A DNA stretch of 32,000 nucleotides from an uncultured Clostridia bacterium (GTDB taxonomy: Bacteria; Bacillota; Clostridia; Oscillospirales; Acutalibacteraceae), in assembly GCA_944384905.1 (NCBI GenBank), contig CALWVE010000041.1:68985-100984 (forward strand), read 5' to 3'. Below, piece by piece: positions 1-7,914 of the stretch. Positions within the stretch are counted from its first letter, which is position 1; each line of letters begins with the position of its first letter. The notes beneath the pieces were generated by a model. That model did no database searches. It was given only the letters and a program-made list of their open reading frames with translations, and had not been told where the DNA came from. The translations under genes were made by a program, and so were the position numbers.

Positions 1-257
1 TGTTTGCCTTTATCTTCGACACCGCCGGCGGCGTAATCTTCGCCAAGGTGCTGAACATCTTCCTCAAGAAGAAGATCAACCCGATGATCGGTGCAGCCGG
101 TATTTCGGCTTTCCCGATGTCCGGTCGTGTGGTTCACAAGATGGGTCTGAAAGAAGATCCGCAGAACTTCCTGCTGATGCAGGCCACCGGTGTGAACGTT
201 TCCGGCCAGATCGCTTCCGTTATCGCAGGCGGTTTGATCCTGAATTTCTTCATGTAA
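1..257 (+). CDS. Na+-translocating decarboxylase beta subunit (OadB/GcdB/MmdB family), C-terminal fragment entering from the left edge
   Basis: The frame is open from nt 3. Translation FAFIFDTAGGVIFAKVLNIFLKKKINPMIGAAGISAFPMSGRVV...ATGVNVSGQIASVIAGGLILNFFM resembles the conserved C-terminus of the membrane beta subunits of biotin-dependent sodium-pump decarboxylases. TAA at 255-257. Confidence 0.8.
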   Translation, partial: FAFIFDTAGGVIFAKVLNIFLKKKINPMIGAAGISAFPMSGRVVHKMGLKEDPQNFLLMQATGVNVSGQIASVIAGGLILNFFM

Positions 258-272
258 GGGAGGATACACATT

Positions 273-410
273 ATGACATTCAATCCCTGGGCTTTTGTTG
301 ACAATCTTTCTTATATGGGACTCGGCATGCTGGGTATCTTCGTGGTGATCGGCGTGATTATTCTCGTCACCATGCTGCTCAACAGCCTGACCAGCAAGAA
401 GGACAAATAA
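273..410 (+). CDS. 45-aa single-TM protein, OadG-like small subunit of the decarboxylase complex (absent from the ORF track)
   Basis: ATG at 273 lies 6 nt after GGGAGGA (258-264) and 15 nt after the upstream stop. Translation is MTFNPWAFVDNLSYMGLGMLGIFVVIGVIILVTMLLNSLTSKKDK, stop 408-410. The G-rich TM helix (GLGMLGIFVV) with a basic tail resembles OadG-family anchors. A terminator follows directly. Confidence 0.5.
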   Translation: MTFNPWAFVDNLSYMGLGMLGIFVVIGVIILVTMLLNSLTSKKDK

Positions 411-416
411 TTGACG

Positions 417-451
417 ATATTCCCCGTTTTGATAACGGGGAATATTTTTTT
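417..451 (+). terminator. Rho-independent terminator of the decarboxylase operon
   Basis: Perfect 12-bp stem ATATTCCCCGTT (417-428) / AACGGGGAATAT (434-445), 5-nt loop, then a T-run to 451. Confidence 0.75.
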
Positions 452-541
452 GCTTATATTTTCTTATATGAATAAAAATAGTGTAATTTTGTCACATATG
501 TGTTATAATTATCCCAAATAATCGATAAAGAAGGGATAACC

Positions 542-772
542 GTGGCCTATGTGCAAAAATTTGAACCCTATCGTTTTTACATAATCGTCACCACCATGCA
601 GGGATACCCTACGTTCGGTTTAGCTATGCTCGATGAAGCCGGACGCTGTGTATCCCTTATCGAAGATCTTTCATTAGATCGGGTCTATGTCAGCAAATTG
701 AAAAGTCTTTGTACCCTTTGGCAGCTAGACCCTTTACATCTGCAAGATCTTGCAGAAGATTTTCTAACCTGA
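542..772 (+). CDS. Hypothetical small protein (76 aa, GTG start)
   Basis: GTG at 542 follows GAAGGGA (529-535). An extended -10 TGtTATAAT sits at 501-509. The ORF lies in an AT-rich stretch between a terminator and the ppa promoter. I recognise no family. Confidence 0.4.
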   Translation: MAYVQKFEPYRFYIIVTTMQGYPTFGLAMLDEAGRCVSLIEDLSLDRVYVSKLKSLCTLWQLDPLHLQDLAEDFLT

Positions 773-819
773 CAATCCTTGAAATCTCTGAAGGCTTTGT
801 GTTTATGCACAATGTTCAA

Positions 820-848
820 TTGATTTTTTTGAGCAAATGTGCTATACT
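820..848 (+). promoter_or_regulatory. Sigma-A-type promoter for ppa
   Basis: TTGATT (820-825), 17-nt spacer, TATACT (843-848) preceded by TGc (extended -10). Confidence 0.5.
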
Positions 849-891
849 TCTATTGAAAAGAAAAGAATTTAAAAGCCCGAGGAGGCACATT

Positions 892-1428
892 ATGACGAAT
901 ATTTGGCACGATATTTCCCCTAAACGCATCAACAAAACCGATTTCTGCGCCGTTATCGAAATCACAAAAGGCGGCAAAACCAAATACGAACTGGATAAAG
1001 AAACCGGTATTCTTCAGCTGGACCGCGTATTGTATACTTCTACCCACTACCCGGCAAACTACGGGTTTATCCCGCGCACCTATGCAAACGACGGCGACCC
1101 GCTGGACGTGTTGGTTCTCTGCTCCGAAAATATCCTGCCTATGTCGCTGGTACGCTGCTATCCGATCGGCGTCATCATTATGGATGACAACGGCAAGGAC
1201 GACGAAAAAATTATTGCCATCCCGTTTGGCGACCCCACCTATAATACTTACCGCGATATCAGCGAACTGCCCAACCACATTTTCGATGAAATGCAGCATT
1301 TCTTCCATGTGTACAAACAGCTGGAATCCACCAAGCACACGGAAGTTACCAATGTTTTGGGACACGAAGACGCCGAACGCATCATTGAGTCCTGCATGGA
1401 ACGCTACGTAAACGACTTCTGCCGATGA
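892..1428 (+). CDS. ppa: Inorganic pyrophosphatase, family I
   Basis: ATG at 892 follows GGAGG (881-885). Translation MTNIWHDISP...YPANYGFIP...DGDPLDVLVL...DEKIIAIP carries classic family I PPase motifs. The 61 upstream codons of the track ORF (709-891) look non-coding and contain the promoter. Confidence 0.93.
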   Translation: MTNIWHDISPKRINKTDFCAVIEITKGGKTKYELDKETGILQLDRVLYTSTHYPANYGFIPRTYANDGDPLDVLVLCSENILPMSLVRCYPIGVIIMDDNGKDDEKIIAIPFGDPTYNTYRDISELPNHIFDEMQHFFHVYKQLESTKHTEVTNVLGHEDAERIIESCMERYVNDFCR

Positions 1429-1441
1429 GGCATGGCTTTTG

Positions 1442-1470
1442 TTGCAAAATGCGACAAATCCTGCTATACT
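1442..1470 (+). promoter_or_regulatory. Sigma-A-type promoter for the DAHP synthase gene
   Basis: TTGCAA (1442-1447), 17-nt spacer, TATACT (1465-1470) with TGc extended -10. Confidence 0.5.
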
Positions 1471-1511
1471 GAATTTATGAAAATGAATTGATACAAAGGG
1501 GTTTGTTTACC

Positions 1512-2540
1512 ATGTCCATGCAGCTTTTGCGCAAGCTTCCCACACCGGAAGAAATCAAACAATCGATTCCGCTTTCTCCTGAACTGGCCGCTATGAAAGC
1601 CCAGCGTGACCGCGAAATCGCTGATATTCTCACGGGTGCTTCTCATAAGTTTATTCTGATTATCGGCCCTTGCTCGGCAGACAGCGCCGATCCGGTGATT
1701 GAATACATCTCCCGCCTGCGCAAAGTAAAGGAAAAAGTGGAAGATAAAATTCTGATTATCCCGCGCATCTATACCAACAAACCCCGTACAACCGGCGAAG
1801 GCTACAAAGGCATGCTGCATCAGCCCGATCCCGAAGGAAAATCCGACCTGCTGGGCGGACTGCTTTCCATTCGTCATCTGCATCTGCGCGCCATTGAAGA
1901 AACCGGCTTTACCTGTGCAGACGAAATGCTCTACCCCGAAAATTACCGCTACCTTTCCGACCTGCTCTCATATGTTGCGGTGGGCGCACGTTCTGTAGAA
2001 AACCAGGCGCACCGCCTGACGGCCAGCGGCGTGGAAGTGCCGGTGGGCATGAAAAACCCCACCAGCGGCGACATTTCGGTTATGCTCAATTCAATTCTGG
2101 CCGCTCAGCACAAGCACACGTTTATCTATCGCAACTGGGAAGCCGTTACCGATGGCAACCCGCTGGCGCATGCGATTCTGCGCGGCTCCGTCAACAAGCA
2201 TGGGCAGTCTATCCCCAACTATCATTACGAAGATCTGCTGCATCTGTACTCGGCTTACGCCGACCGTCATCTGGAGAACATGGCTGTTATCGTGGATACC
2301 AACCATTCCAACTCCGACAAGCAGTATCTCGAACAAGTCCGCATCTGCAACGAAGTTTTGCATAGCTGCCGCCATAACAACGACATCTGTTCGATGGTGA
2401 AGGGCTTTATGGTGGAAAGCTATTTGGAAGACGGCAATCAGAAAGTGGACGGCGGCGTATACGGCAAATCCATCACAGACCCGTGTTTGGGCTGGGAAAA
2501 GACGGAAGCGCTGATTTATTCCATCGCCGACCAGCTTTAA
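1512..2540 (+). CDS. 3-deoxy-7-phosphoheptulonate (DAHP) synthase, class I alpha (AroF/G/H type)
   Basis: ATG at 1512 follows AAAGGGG. IIGPCS, KPRTT, GARSVENQ.HR, VGMKNP, GKSITDPC.GWE and overall colinearity match E. coli-type AroG. The isozyme and effector cannot be assigned. Confidence 0.92.
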   Translation: MSMQLLRKLPTPEEIKQSIPLSPELAAMKAQRDREIADILTGASHKFILIIGPCSADSADPVIEYISRLRKVKEKVEDKILIIPRIYTNKPRTTGEGYKGMLHQPDPEGKSDLLGGLLSIRHLHLRAIEETGFTCADEMLYPENYRYLSDLLSYVAVGARSVENQAHRLTASGVEVPVGMKNPTSGDISVMLNSILAAQHKHTFIYRNWEAVTDGNPLAHAILRGSVNKHGQSIPNYHYEDLLHLYSAYADRHLENMAVIVDTNHSNSDKQYLEQVRICNEVLHSCRHNNDICSMVKGFMVESYLEDGNQKVDGGVYGKSITDPCLGWEKTEALIYSIADQL

Positions 2541-2585
2541 TCAAATAAAACAGCCGGAGAACTCCATCCGGAACGGAGGAATATC

Positions 2586-3374
2586 ATGATCCTGGCTTTG
2601 GATATTGGCAACACAGCCATTACGCTGGGCTGTTATCGTGAAGACACCCCGGCTTTTATCTCCCGCATCACAACAGACCCAAAAAAAATGGAAGATCAGT
2701 ACGCCATTGACATTCGGGATATTCTGGAAATCTACGACACGACTCCCGCGCAGATTACCGGTTCCATTATTAGTTCGGTCGTCCCTCCCCTAACAGAGGC
2801 TGTGGCGCGAGCCGTGGAAAAAATCACGCACACTTCCCCCATGATCGTGAGCCCCGGCATTAAAACCGGGTTAAATATTCGCATCGATAACCCCGCTACG
2901 CTGGGCGCCGATCTGGTAGCCGACTGCGTGGCGGCGCTGGAACATTACCCGCTGCCCTGCATTATTTTTGATATGGGAACAGCGACATCCGTTTCGGTGC
3001 TCAACCAAAAAGGCGTGATGATCGGCGGCGCGCTGATGCCCGGTGTACGCATTTCGCTGGAAGCGTTATGCCAAAGCACGGCACAGCTGCCCAATATTGC
3101 GCTCACGCCGCCACGGCGGACAATCGGAACCAACACCATTGATTGTATGGCTTCGGGTACCTTGCTTGGTACCGCTTCGATGGTAGACGGCATGTGCGCG
3201 CGCATCGAGGAAGAATTGGGCGCCCCCTGCACGGTCATCGGCACCGGCGGGATGTCAAAAGATATTCTGCCTTTATGCCGCAGACCGGTTATCCATGACG
3301 AAAATCTGCTTTTAGACGGGCTGTATATCCTTTATAAGAAAAACAGCCAATCCAAACCGGCAACTACCGCCTGA
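2586..3374 (+). CDS. coaX: Type III pantothenate kinase
   Basis: N-terminus MILALDIGNT, central GADL motif and a ~260-aa length are typical of CoaX. RBS GGAGGA is upstream. Confidence 0.93.
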   Translation: MILALDIGNTAITLGCYREDTPAFISRITTDPKKMEDQYAIDIRDILEIYDTTPAQITGSIISSVVPPLTEAVARAVEKITHTSPMIVSPGIKTGLNIRIDNPATLGADLVADCVAALEHYPLPCIIFDMGTATSVSVLNQKGVMIGGALMPGVRISLEALCQSTAQLPNIALTPPRRTIGTNTIDCMASGTLLGTASMVDGMCARIEEELGAPCTVIGTGGMSKDILPLCRRPVIHDENLLLDGLYILYKKNSQSKPATTA

Positions 3375-3437
3375 TCAGCGGTTTGCAAATAAAAAATGCG
3401 CTGTATCCTCAAAGGAACAGCAGCAGGAGGTATTTTT

Positions 3438-4025
3438 ATGAATCACAACAAGATCGTCCGCATGGCTACTTTGGCCATTCTGACCGCCATCGTGGTGGTG
3501 CTGCAGCTGATGGGCAGCTTCATCCACATCGGGCCTGTCGCAATTTCGCTGACACTGATCCCGATTGTCGTTGGCGCAGCTATGCTGGGTACATCGGCCG
3601 GTGCTTTCCTGGGCTTTGTTTTCGGCCTGGTCGTTACCATCGCCTGCGTAAACGGCACCGATATGGGCGGCAATATGATGTTTGTCGCCAACCCGCCGCT
3701 GACCGTTTTCCTGTGCCTGCTCAAAGGTACGGCCGCTGGCGCTGTAGCCGGTCTGATCTATAAAGCTCTGAGCGCCAAAAACAAACTGGCCGCTGTTCTG
3801 GTGGCCGCGATTGCCGCCCCCGTTACCAACACCGGTATTTTCTGCGCGGCGCTGGCGCTGTTCTATCAGCCCACGCTGGTAGCCTGGGCCAACGGAACCG
3901 ATCTTCTGGTTTATATGTTCGTAGGCCTGGTTGGCGTCAACTTCATCGTTGAAACGCTGATCAACGTCGTTTGCAGCCCCATCATCCTGCGCATCATCGA
4001 CGCCGTAAAGACCAAGCTCGCCTGA
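3438..4025 (+). CDS. ECF transporter S component (substrate-capture subunit; pantothenate suggested only by coaX linkage)
   Basis: ATG at 3438 follows AGGAGG (3425-3430). The ~195-aa protein is very hydrophobic with about six helices and G/A-rich TM segments. No EcfA/T genes are adjacent, as is usual for group II ECF S components. Confidence 0.75.
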   Translation: MNHNKIVRMATLAILTAIVVVLQLMGSFIHIGPVAISLTLIPIVVGAAMLGTSAGAFLGFVFGLVVTIACVNGTDMGGNMMFVANPPLTVFLCLLKGTAAGAVAGLIYKALSAKNKLAAVLVAAIAAPVTNTGIFCAALALFYQPTLVAWANGTDLLVYMFVGLVGVNFIVETLINVVCSPIILRIIDAVKTKLA

Positions 4026-4040
4026 TTGTTTCTGCATTTG

Positions 4041-4070
4041 AAAAGCCGTTGGATTTCCAGCGGCTTTTTC
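4041..4070 (+). terminator. Rho-independent terminator
   Basis: AAAAGCCGTTGG / CCAGCGGCTTTT stem (one G-U pair), loop ATTTC, T-run. Confidence 0.7.
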
Positions 4071-4100
4071 CATACAATATCATAATTTTTATTGGGAGGG

Positions 4101-4589
4101 ATGTTTTTGGATTCTATTGTTAAGCAATTAGATCAGAATTTTGCAGATGAATTTTGCCGATTAAGAATAGCTCTGTTTACCGAATTGGGCGAACTCTCTT
4201 CCGATTCGGACTACACCGAGCTAAACGCAGCAACAAAGCAATATTATTTGTCGCACATTAAGAAGGATTTGATGAGCTGGGGAATTTTTGACAACGAAAA
4301 TCTTGTTGCCATCGGTTCACTTTGCTTGTTCTCCCGTATCCCTTATCAGGAAAATTTAACCGGCTCAGAAGGCTATATTCTTAACATCTACACCATTCCT
4401 TCCCACCGAAAGCTTGGATATGCAAAACGGATTTTAGATGAGATCATCCGGTACAGTCGTGAAAATCATATCAACAGATTGTGGCTCAATGCCAGTGAAC
4501 AAGGAAAAGAAGTTTATAAAAAATTAGGGTTCCAAGAAAAAGATAATGAAATGGAACTATTTTTACCGCATACTTCTTTGAATGACTAA
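4101..4589 (+). CDS. GNAT family N-acetyltransferase
   Basis: The acetyl-CoA motif region is YILNIYTIPSHRKLGYAKRILDEII...LWLNASEQGKEVYKKLGF. The start is ambiguous: ATG 4101 directly abuts GGGAGGG, while TTG 4107 has better spacing. The sequence is visibly AT-rich compared with its flanks. Confidence 0.85.
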   Translation: MFLDSIVKQLDQNFADEFCRLRIALFTELGELSSDSDYTELNAATKQYYLSHIKKDLMSWGIFDNENLVAIGSLCLFSRIPYQENLTGSEGYILNIYTIPSHRKLGYAKRILDEIIRYSRENHINRLWLNASEQGKEVYKKLGFQEKDNEMELFLPHTSLND

Positions 4590-4606
4590 AAGAAAGGAAC
4601 TGCTAG

Positions 4607-5392
4607 ATGGAACTCCATGTCATAATTCCAGATTTTGAGGTTATGTTCAGCCAGATCATGGACTTTCAAACAGAAAAAACCTCTCCATTCTGGTCAAAAC
4701 CGCTGTTTCATTTTTATCCTCAGTTGGACGAGCCCTATGCACTCTCGCTCTCGTTTGCAGACAGAAAACGCTATTTTGAGCAAACGTTGCAAAACGTTTA
4801 CGAGGAATTGAGACCTACTTTTCAGCAAAAAGCAAAGCTGTATCAAGCGTACTGGGAAACTTGCAAACCGCAGATTACCGCCGCTTTATCCGAAGCCTTT
4901 GGCATAGACTGCGGCGAGCTTTTAAACGATATGAACTGCCAGGTTTCTATGAATCCGATTTCTCCGCGCTATCTGAAAGAACGCACCTTCACGATTTTTT
5001 ATCTCAACAGCGAAAAAGGCATGATGGGACTGAGCATTCATGAAATCATTCATTTCGTCTGGTTTTTGGTGTGGAACCGGCTGTTTGAGGACTCCTACGA
5101 AGAATATGAAACACCTTCGCTCAAATGGATTCTAAGCGAAATGGTAGTGGAATCTATCATGAAAGACGAACGGCTGAGCTCCATCAATCCCTATTTTCCG
5201 CGGGAAAACGGTGGCTGCATTTATCCTTATTTCTATGACTTAGTCGTGGAAGAAAAGCCGATTCTGGACACACTGGATGAGCTATACCGAAGTCGGAACA
5301 TCCAAGATTTCATGAAAGAGAGCTACGCCTATTGTTTAGCGCACGAAACAGAAATCCGCGAGCATATCCGCCGTTCAGAAGATAATTTTTAA
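4607..5392 (+). CDS. Hypothetical protein with HExxH (zincin-like) motif
   Basis: ATG at 4607 follows AAAGGAA and lies 17 nt after the GNAT stop, so the two are probably one operon. LSIHEIIHFVWF contains HExxH. I recognise no other family signature. Confidence 0.7.
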   Translation: MELHVIIPDFEVMFSQIMDFQTEKTSPFWSKPLFHFYPQLDEPYALSLSFADRKRYFEQTLQNVYEELRPTFQQKAKLYQAYWETCKPQITAALSEAFGIDCGELLNDMNCQVSMNPISPRYLKERTFTIFYLNSEKGMMGLSIHEIIHFVWFLVWNRLFEDSYEEYETPSLKWILSEMVVESIMKDERLSSINPYFPRENGGCIYPYFYDLVVEEKPILDTLDELYRSRNIQDFMKESYAYCLAHETEIREHIRRSEDNF

Positions 5393-5407
5393 GAAATGTT
5401 CAAACAA

Positions 5408-5441
5408 AAAGCCGGCCTGAAAATCAGGTCGGCTTCGTTTT
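5408..5441. terminator. Bidirectional hairpin between convergent genes
   Basis: AAGCCGGCCTGA (5409-5420) / TCAGGTCGGCTT (5424-5435), A-run before and T-rich after. It abuts the stop of the minus-strand ABC gene. Confidence 0.6.
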
Positions 5442-6819
5442 ACATCTGCACAATTTCGTCTGCAAACATCTGCACTTCTTTGGGATCGTGCGTCACCAAA
5501 ATAACAGCACTGCCGCGCAAAGCTTCAAACACGCGCTTGGCCACGCGGTCGCGCAAGGCCGGGTCTAATCCCTGGAACGGTTCGTCCAGCAGCACCAGCG
5601 GCGCCGGAGCGGCCAGCATCGCCGCCAAAGCCACACGGCGTTTCATTCCGCCGCTGAGCTGTTCCACCGGCAGATCGGCGCTATCGGTCAGTTCTACCCA
5701 TTCCAGCAAACCATCCGCATCGGCATCCGGGCGGATAAACAGAATGTTTTCCCGCGCCGTGCGCCCGGGCAGCAATCGATTTTCCTGAAAAAGAAACGCA
5801 CAGTTTTCCTTGCCTGTCACACCGTTGTCGTCTGTTTCCAGCCCCGCCCAAATGCGCAGGCAGGTTGTTTTGCCTTCCCCAGAAGGTCCCAGCAGAGCCG
5901 TAACACGTCCGGCCTCAACCGGCAATGTAAAGTGATCCAACACCAGCCGCTCTCCGAAATGTTTGGTCAGCGGCGGAAGCGGATGAAGCTCTGTTGATTC
6001 AGCAGGTTTCGTTTTGGATTTCTTTGCCCGCAGCGGAATGCGCAGCGAGAAGCGGCGCGTAAGCCGCACAAAGGCAAATTCAAGCAGCAGGCTAAGCAGC
6101 ACCACAACAAACGTCCACGCAAACAAATCGGTGGTTTCGATGTAAATTTTGGCGTTGTAAAGCTGCGTACCGATAGCCATTTTCGGCGTACAAAGCACCT
6201 CCGCGGCAATTCCGGCCTTCCAGGCCAACCCCAACGAAGTTACCATGGCTGAAAGAAAATACGGAAACACCCCCGGCAGTACAACATACAAAAAAGTTCG
6301 CCAGCGGCTCACGCGAAACACCTGCGCTTTTTCCAGCAGCTCGGGATCGGTCTCGCGCAGACCTTGCGCCACGTTTCCGCACACCACCGGGGACACAATC
6401 AACCCACCGATAAACGACGGCACGGAAGCTCTGGAGATCCAGACAAGCGCCAAAATAATGAACGAAGCCACCGGCGTAGCTTTAGCAGCCGCCAATACCG
6501 GACGCAGCAGACACGCCATAATCGGCGAAACGGAGATCAGCACAGCGGCCAAAACGCCGGCTGCCGTTCCCCAGAAAAGTCCCCGAAGGACGTTCCACAG
6601 CGAAAAAAGCGTCGTTTGCCAAAATGCGGCCGTCCCGATCAGTTCCCCCAGGCGAAGAAAAACAGAAACAGGCGATGGGATCAGGATTTCCTGATCCACC
6701 GCCCGATAGACTATTTGCCACAATCCCAACCAAAAAAGCGCGCACAAAATCCAAGCCGCCCACGTTTTAAAGCGTGAGCGGTTTGCTTTTTCAGTTGCCT
6801 TCGTAGTAAAAATCTTCAT
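5440..6819 (-). CDS. ABC importer, fused permease (NitT/TauT SsuC-like) and ATP-binding domain
   Basis: The N-terminal ~260 aa hold about six TM helices with an EAA-like loop (AQGLRETDPELLEKAQVFRVSRWRTF). The C-terminal ~185 aa carry Walker A GPSGEGKTT, Q-loop FQE, signature LSGGMKRR, Walker B LVLLDEP and H-loop VTHD. RBS GGAGGAG is inside the upstream gene. Confidence 0.88.
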   Translation of the reverse strand: MKIFTTKATEKANRSRFKTWAAWILCALFWLGLWQIVYRAVDQEILIPSPVSVFLRLGELIGTAAFWQTTLFSLWNVLRGLFWGTAAGVLAAVLISVSPIMACLLRPVLAAAKATPVASFIILALVWISRASVPSFIGGLIVSPVVCGNVAQGLRETDPELLEKAQVFRVSRWRTFLYVVLPGVFPYFLSAMVTSLGLAWKAGIAAEVLCTPKMAIGTQLYNAKIYIETTDLFAWTFVVVLLSLLLEFAFVRLTRRFSLRIPLRAKKSKTKPAESTELHPLPPLTKHFGERLVLDHFTLPVEAGRVTALLGPSGEGKTTCLRIWAGLETDDNGVTGKENCAFLFQENRLLPGRTARENILFIRPDADADGLLEWVELTDSADLPVEQLSGGMKRRVALAAMLAAPAPLVLLDEPFQGLDPALRDRVAKRVFEALRGSAVILVTHDPKEVQMFADEIVQM

Positions 6820-7828
6820 TCGGCAGCGCTCCTCCTACAGAGGCGGGGTTGGCATCGAACAGAACCTGCAGATTTTCCTGCATAATTGCTTTCATTTCAT
6901 CGCCGGTAATCAAGACGATGTTGCAGTTCGGAATAGCCGCTTTGGCTACTTCTGCGCTGGGAACAATCTCCTGACGGGCGATCGCTTCCGGTGCGGTTTC
7001 ATCTTCGTTGACAAATTCCACGGACTGGGCATATTCTTCCATAAAGGCAGCCACAGCCTCGGGATGCTCCTCCACAAAATCCTTTCTTGCAATCACACAG
7101 CCCATAGCCAGATCGGCGTCACAAACTTTGCCCCATTCTTCGGTCATATCGAACGCGATGGAAAAGCCCAAGTCTTTGGAAAGCAGCGCCGTTACGTTCG
7201 GTTCCGGCAATACGACGATATCCGCTTTTCCGGCCGCAGCCTGTGCTACGACTTCGCTGTGTTCAGCACAATACTGAATGTCCACATCCGATGCGGGATC
7301 GATTCCGTTTTCGCTGAGCACTTTATTCAAAATATATTCCGGCGTGGCGCCCTGTCCGGCAGAATAAATCGTTTTGCCTTTGAGATCTTCCAGCGAATTC
7401 AGCTTTTCCTTAGAAAGGATATACAGCACGCCCAGCGTATTGACACCCAATACCTGTACATTGCCGGAAGTCTTTTTATAAAGCGTGGAAGCCACATTCA
7501 CAGGTGCTGCGGCGATATCGGCATCTCCGTTGGCAATGGCCGCCACAACATCGGTGGGCGCACCGCAGAGCGTGAACGTATAGTTGTTCTGCGCTTTGCC
7601 TTCAGCTGCGTTTTCCATCAGCTGAACCATGCCCATGCCCGTCGGGCCCTGCAGGGTATACACACTAACATCTTCCATCGGCGCGGCTGTGGATTCGGTT
7701 TCGGAAGAAACTTCAGAAGAACTTTCCCCAGCGGAAGACGACACAGAAGATGTTCCGTTTCCACCCGCACAGGCGCTCAAAGAAAATACCATGGCTGCCG
7801 CCAATAAAATTGAAAGAATTTTTTTCAT
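6791..7828 (-). CDS. ABC transporter substrate-binding lipoprotein (NMT1/SsuA-like)
   Basis: Signal peptide plus lipobox LSAC, then a Ser-rich linker and an SBP fold typical of nitrate/sulfonate/HMP-type binders. RBS AGAGGGAG. The 3' end overlaps the permease-ATPase start by 29 nt. Confidence 0.87.
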   Translation of the reverse strand: MKKILSILLAAAMVFSLSACAGGNGTSSVSSSAGESSSEVSSETESTAAPMEDVSVYTLQGPTGMGMVQLMENAAEGKAQNNYTFTLCGAPTDVVAAIANGDADIAAAPVNVASTLYKKTSGNVQVLGVNTLGVLYILSKEKLNSLEDLKGKTIYSAGQGATPEYILNKVLSENGIDPASDVDIQYCAEHSEVVAQAAAGKADIVVLPEPNVTALLSKDLGFSIAFDMTEEWGKVCDADLAMGCVIARKDFVEEHPEAVAAFMEEYAQSVEFVNEDETAPEAIARQEIVPSAEVAKAAIPNCNIVLITGDEMKAIMQENLQVLFDANPASVGGALPNEDFYYEGN

Positions 7829-7843
7829 GATCCATACTCCCTC

Positions 7844-7872
7844 TTGATTTGCTGGAGTTATTATACTATACT
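7844..7872 (+). promoter_or_regulatory. Candidate promoter of the Crp/Fnr-family gene
   Basis: TTGATT (7844-7849), 17-nt spacer, TATACT (7867-7872). Confidence 0.4.
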
Positions 7873-7901
7873 TGTTAAAAAATAAACGTTGCTATGGCAA
7901 C
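7860..7901 (-). promoter_or_regulatory. Candidate activator-dependent promoter of the ABC operon with a 5-N4-5 palindrome
   Basis: On the minus strand, TATAAT is at 7865-7860 and the -35 is poor (GTTTAT/CGTTTA). The palindrome GTTGC-TATG-GCAAC (7888-7901) ends 22 nt upstream of the -10, so its centre is near -41.5. Confidence 0.4.
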
Positions 7902-7914
7902 AAAAGAGGTTTCT

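Noticed and set aside
709-891. N-terminal 61-codon extension of ppa, and its overlap with the 542-772 ORF
   Set aside because: The extension contains the TTGATT-17-TATACT promoter, has no RBS, and is not part of family I pyrophosphatases. ATG 892 with GGAGG fits.
3375-4073. 232-aa minus-strand ORF over the ECF S-component gene
   Set aside because: Antisense shadow. It runs through the terminator at 4041-4070, and the plus-strand product has regular TM helices and a good RBS.
4101-5392. GNAT gene as the toxin of a GNAT/RHH (TacT/AtaT-type) toxin-antitoxin pair
   Set aside because: No small RHH or DUF1778 antitoxin ORF lies upstream or overlaps. The partner is a 261-aa HExxH protein located downstream, which does not fit that TA architecture.
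7829-7914. Possible TPP or other riboswitch ahead of the NMT1/SsuA-like ABC operon
   Set aside because: The whole divergent spacer is 86 nt and the predicted 5' UTR is about 25 nt, which leaves no room for an aptamer.
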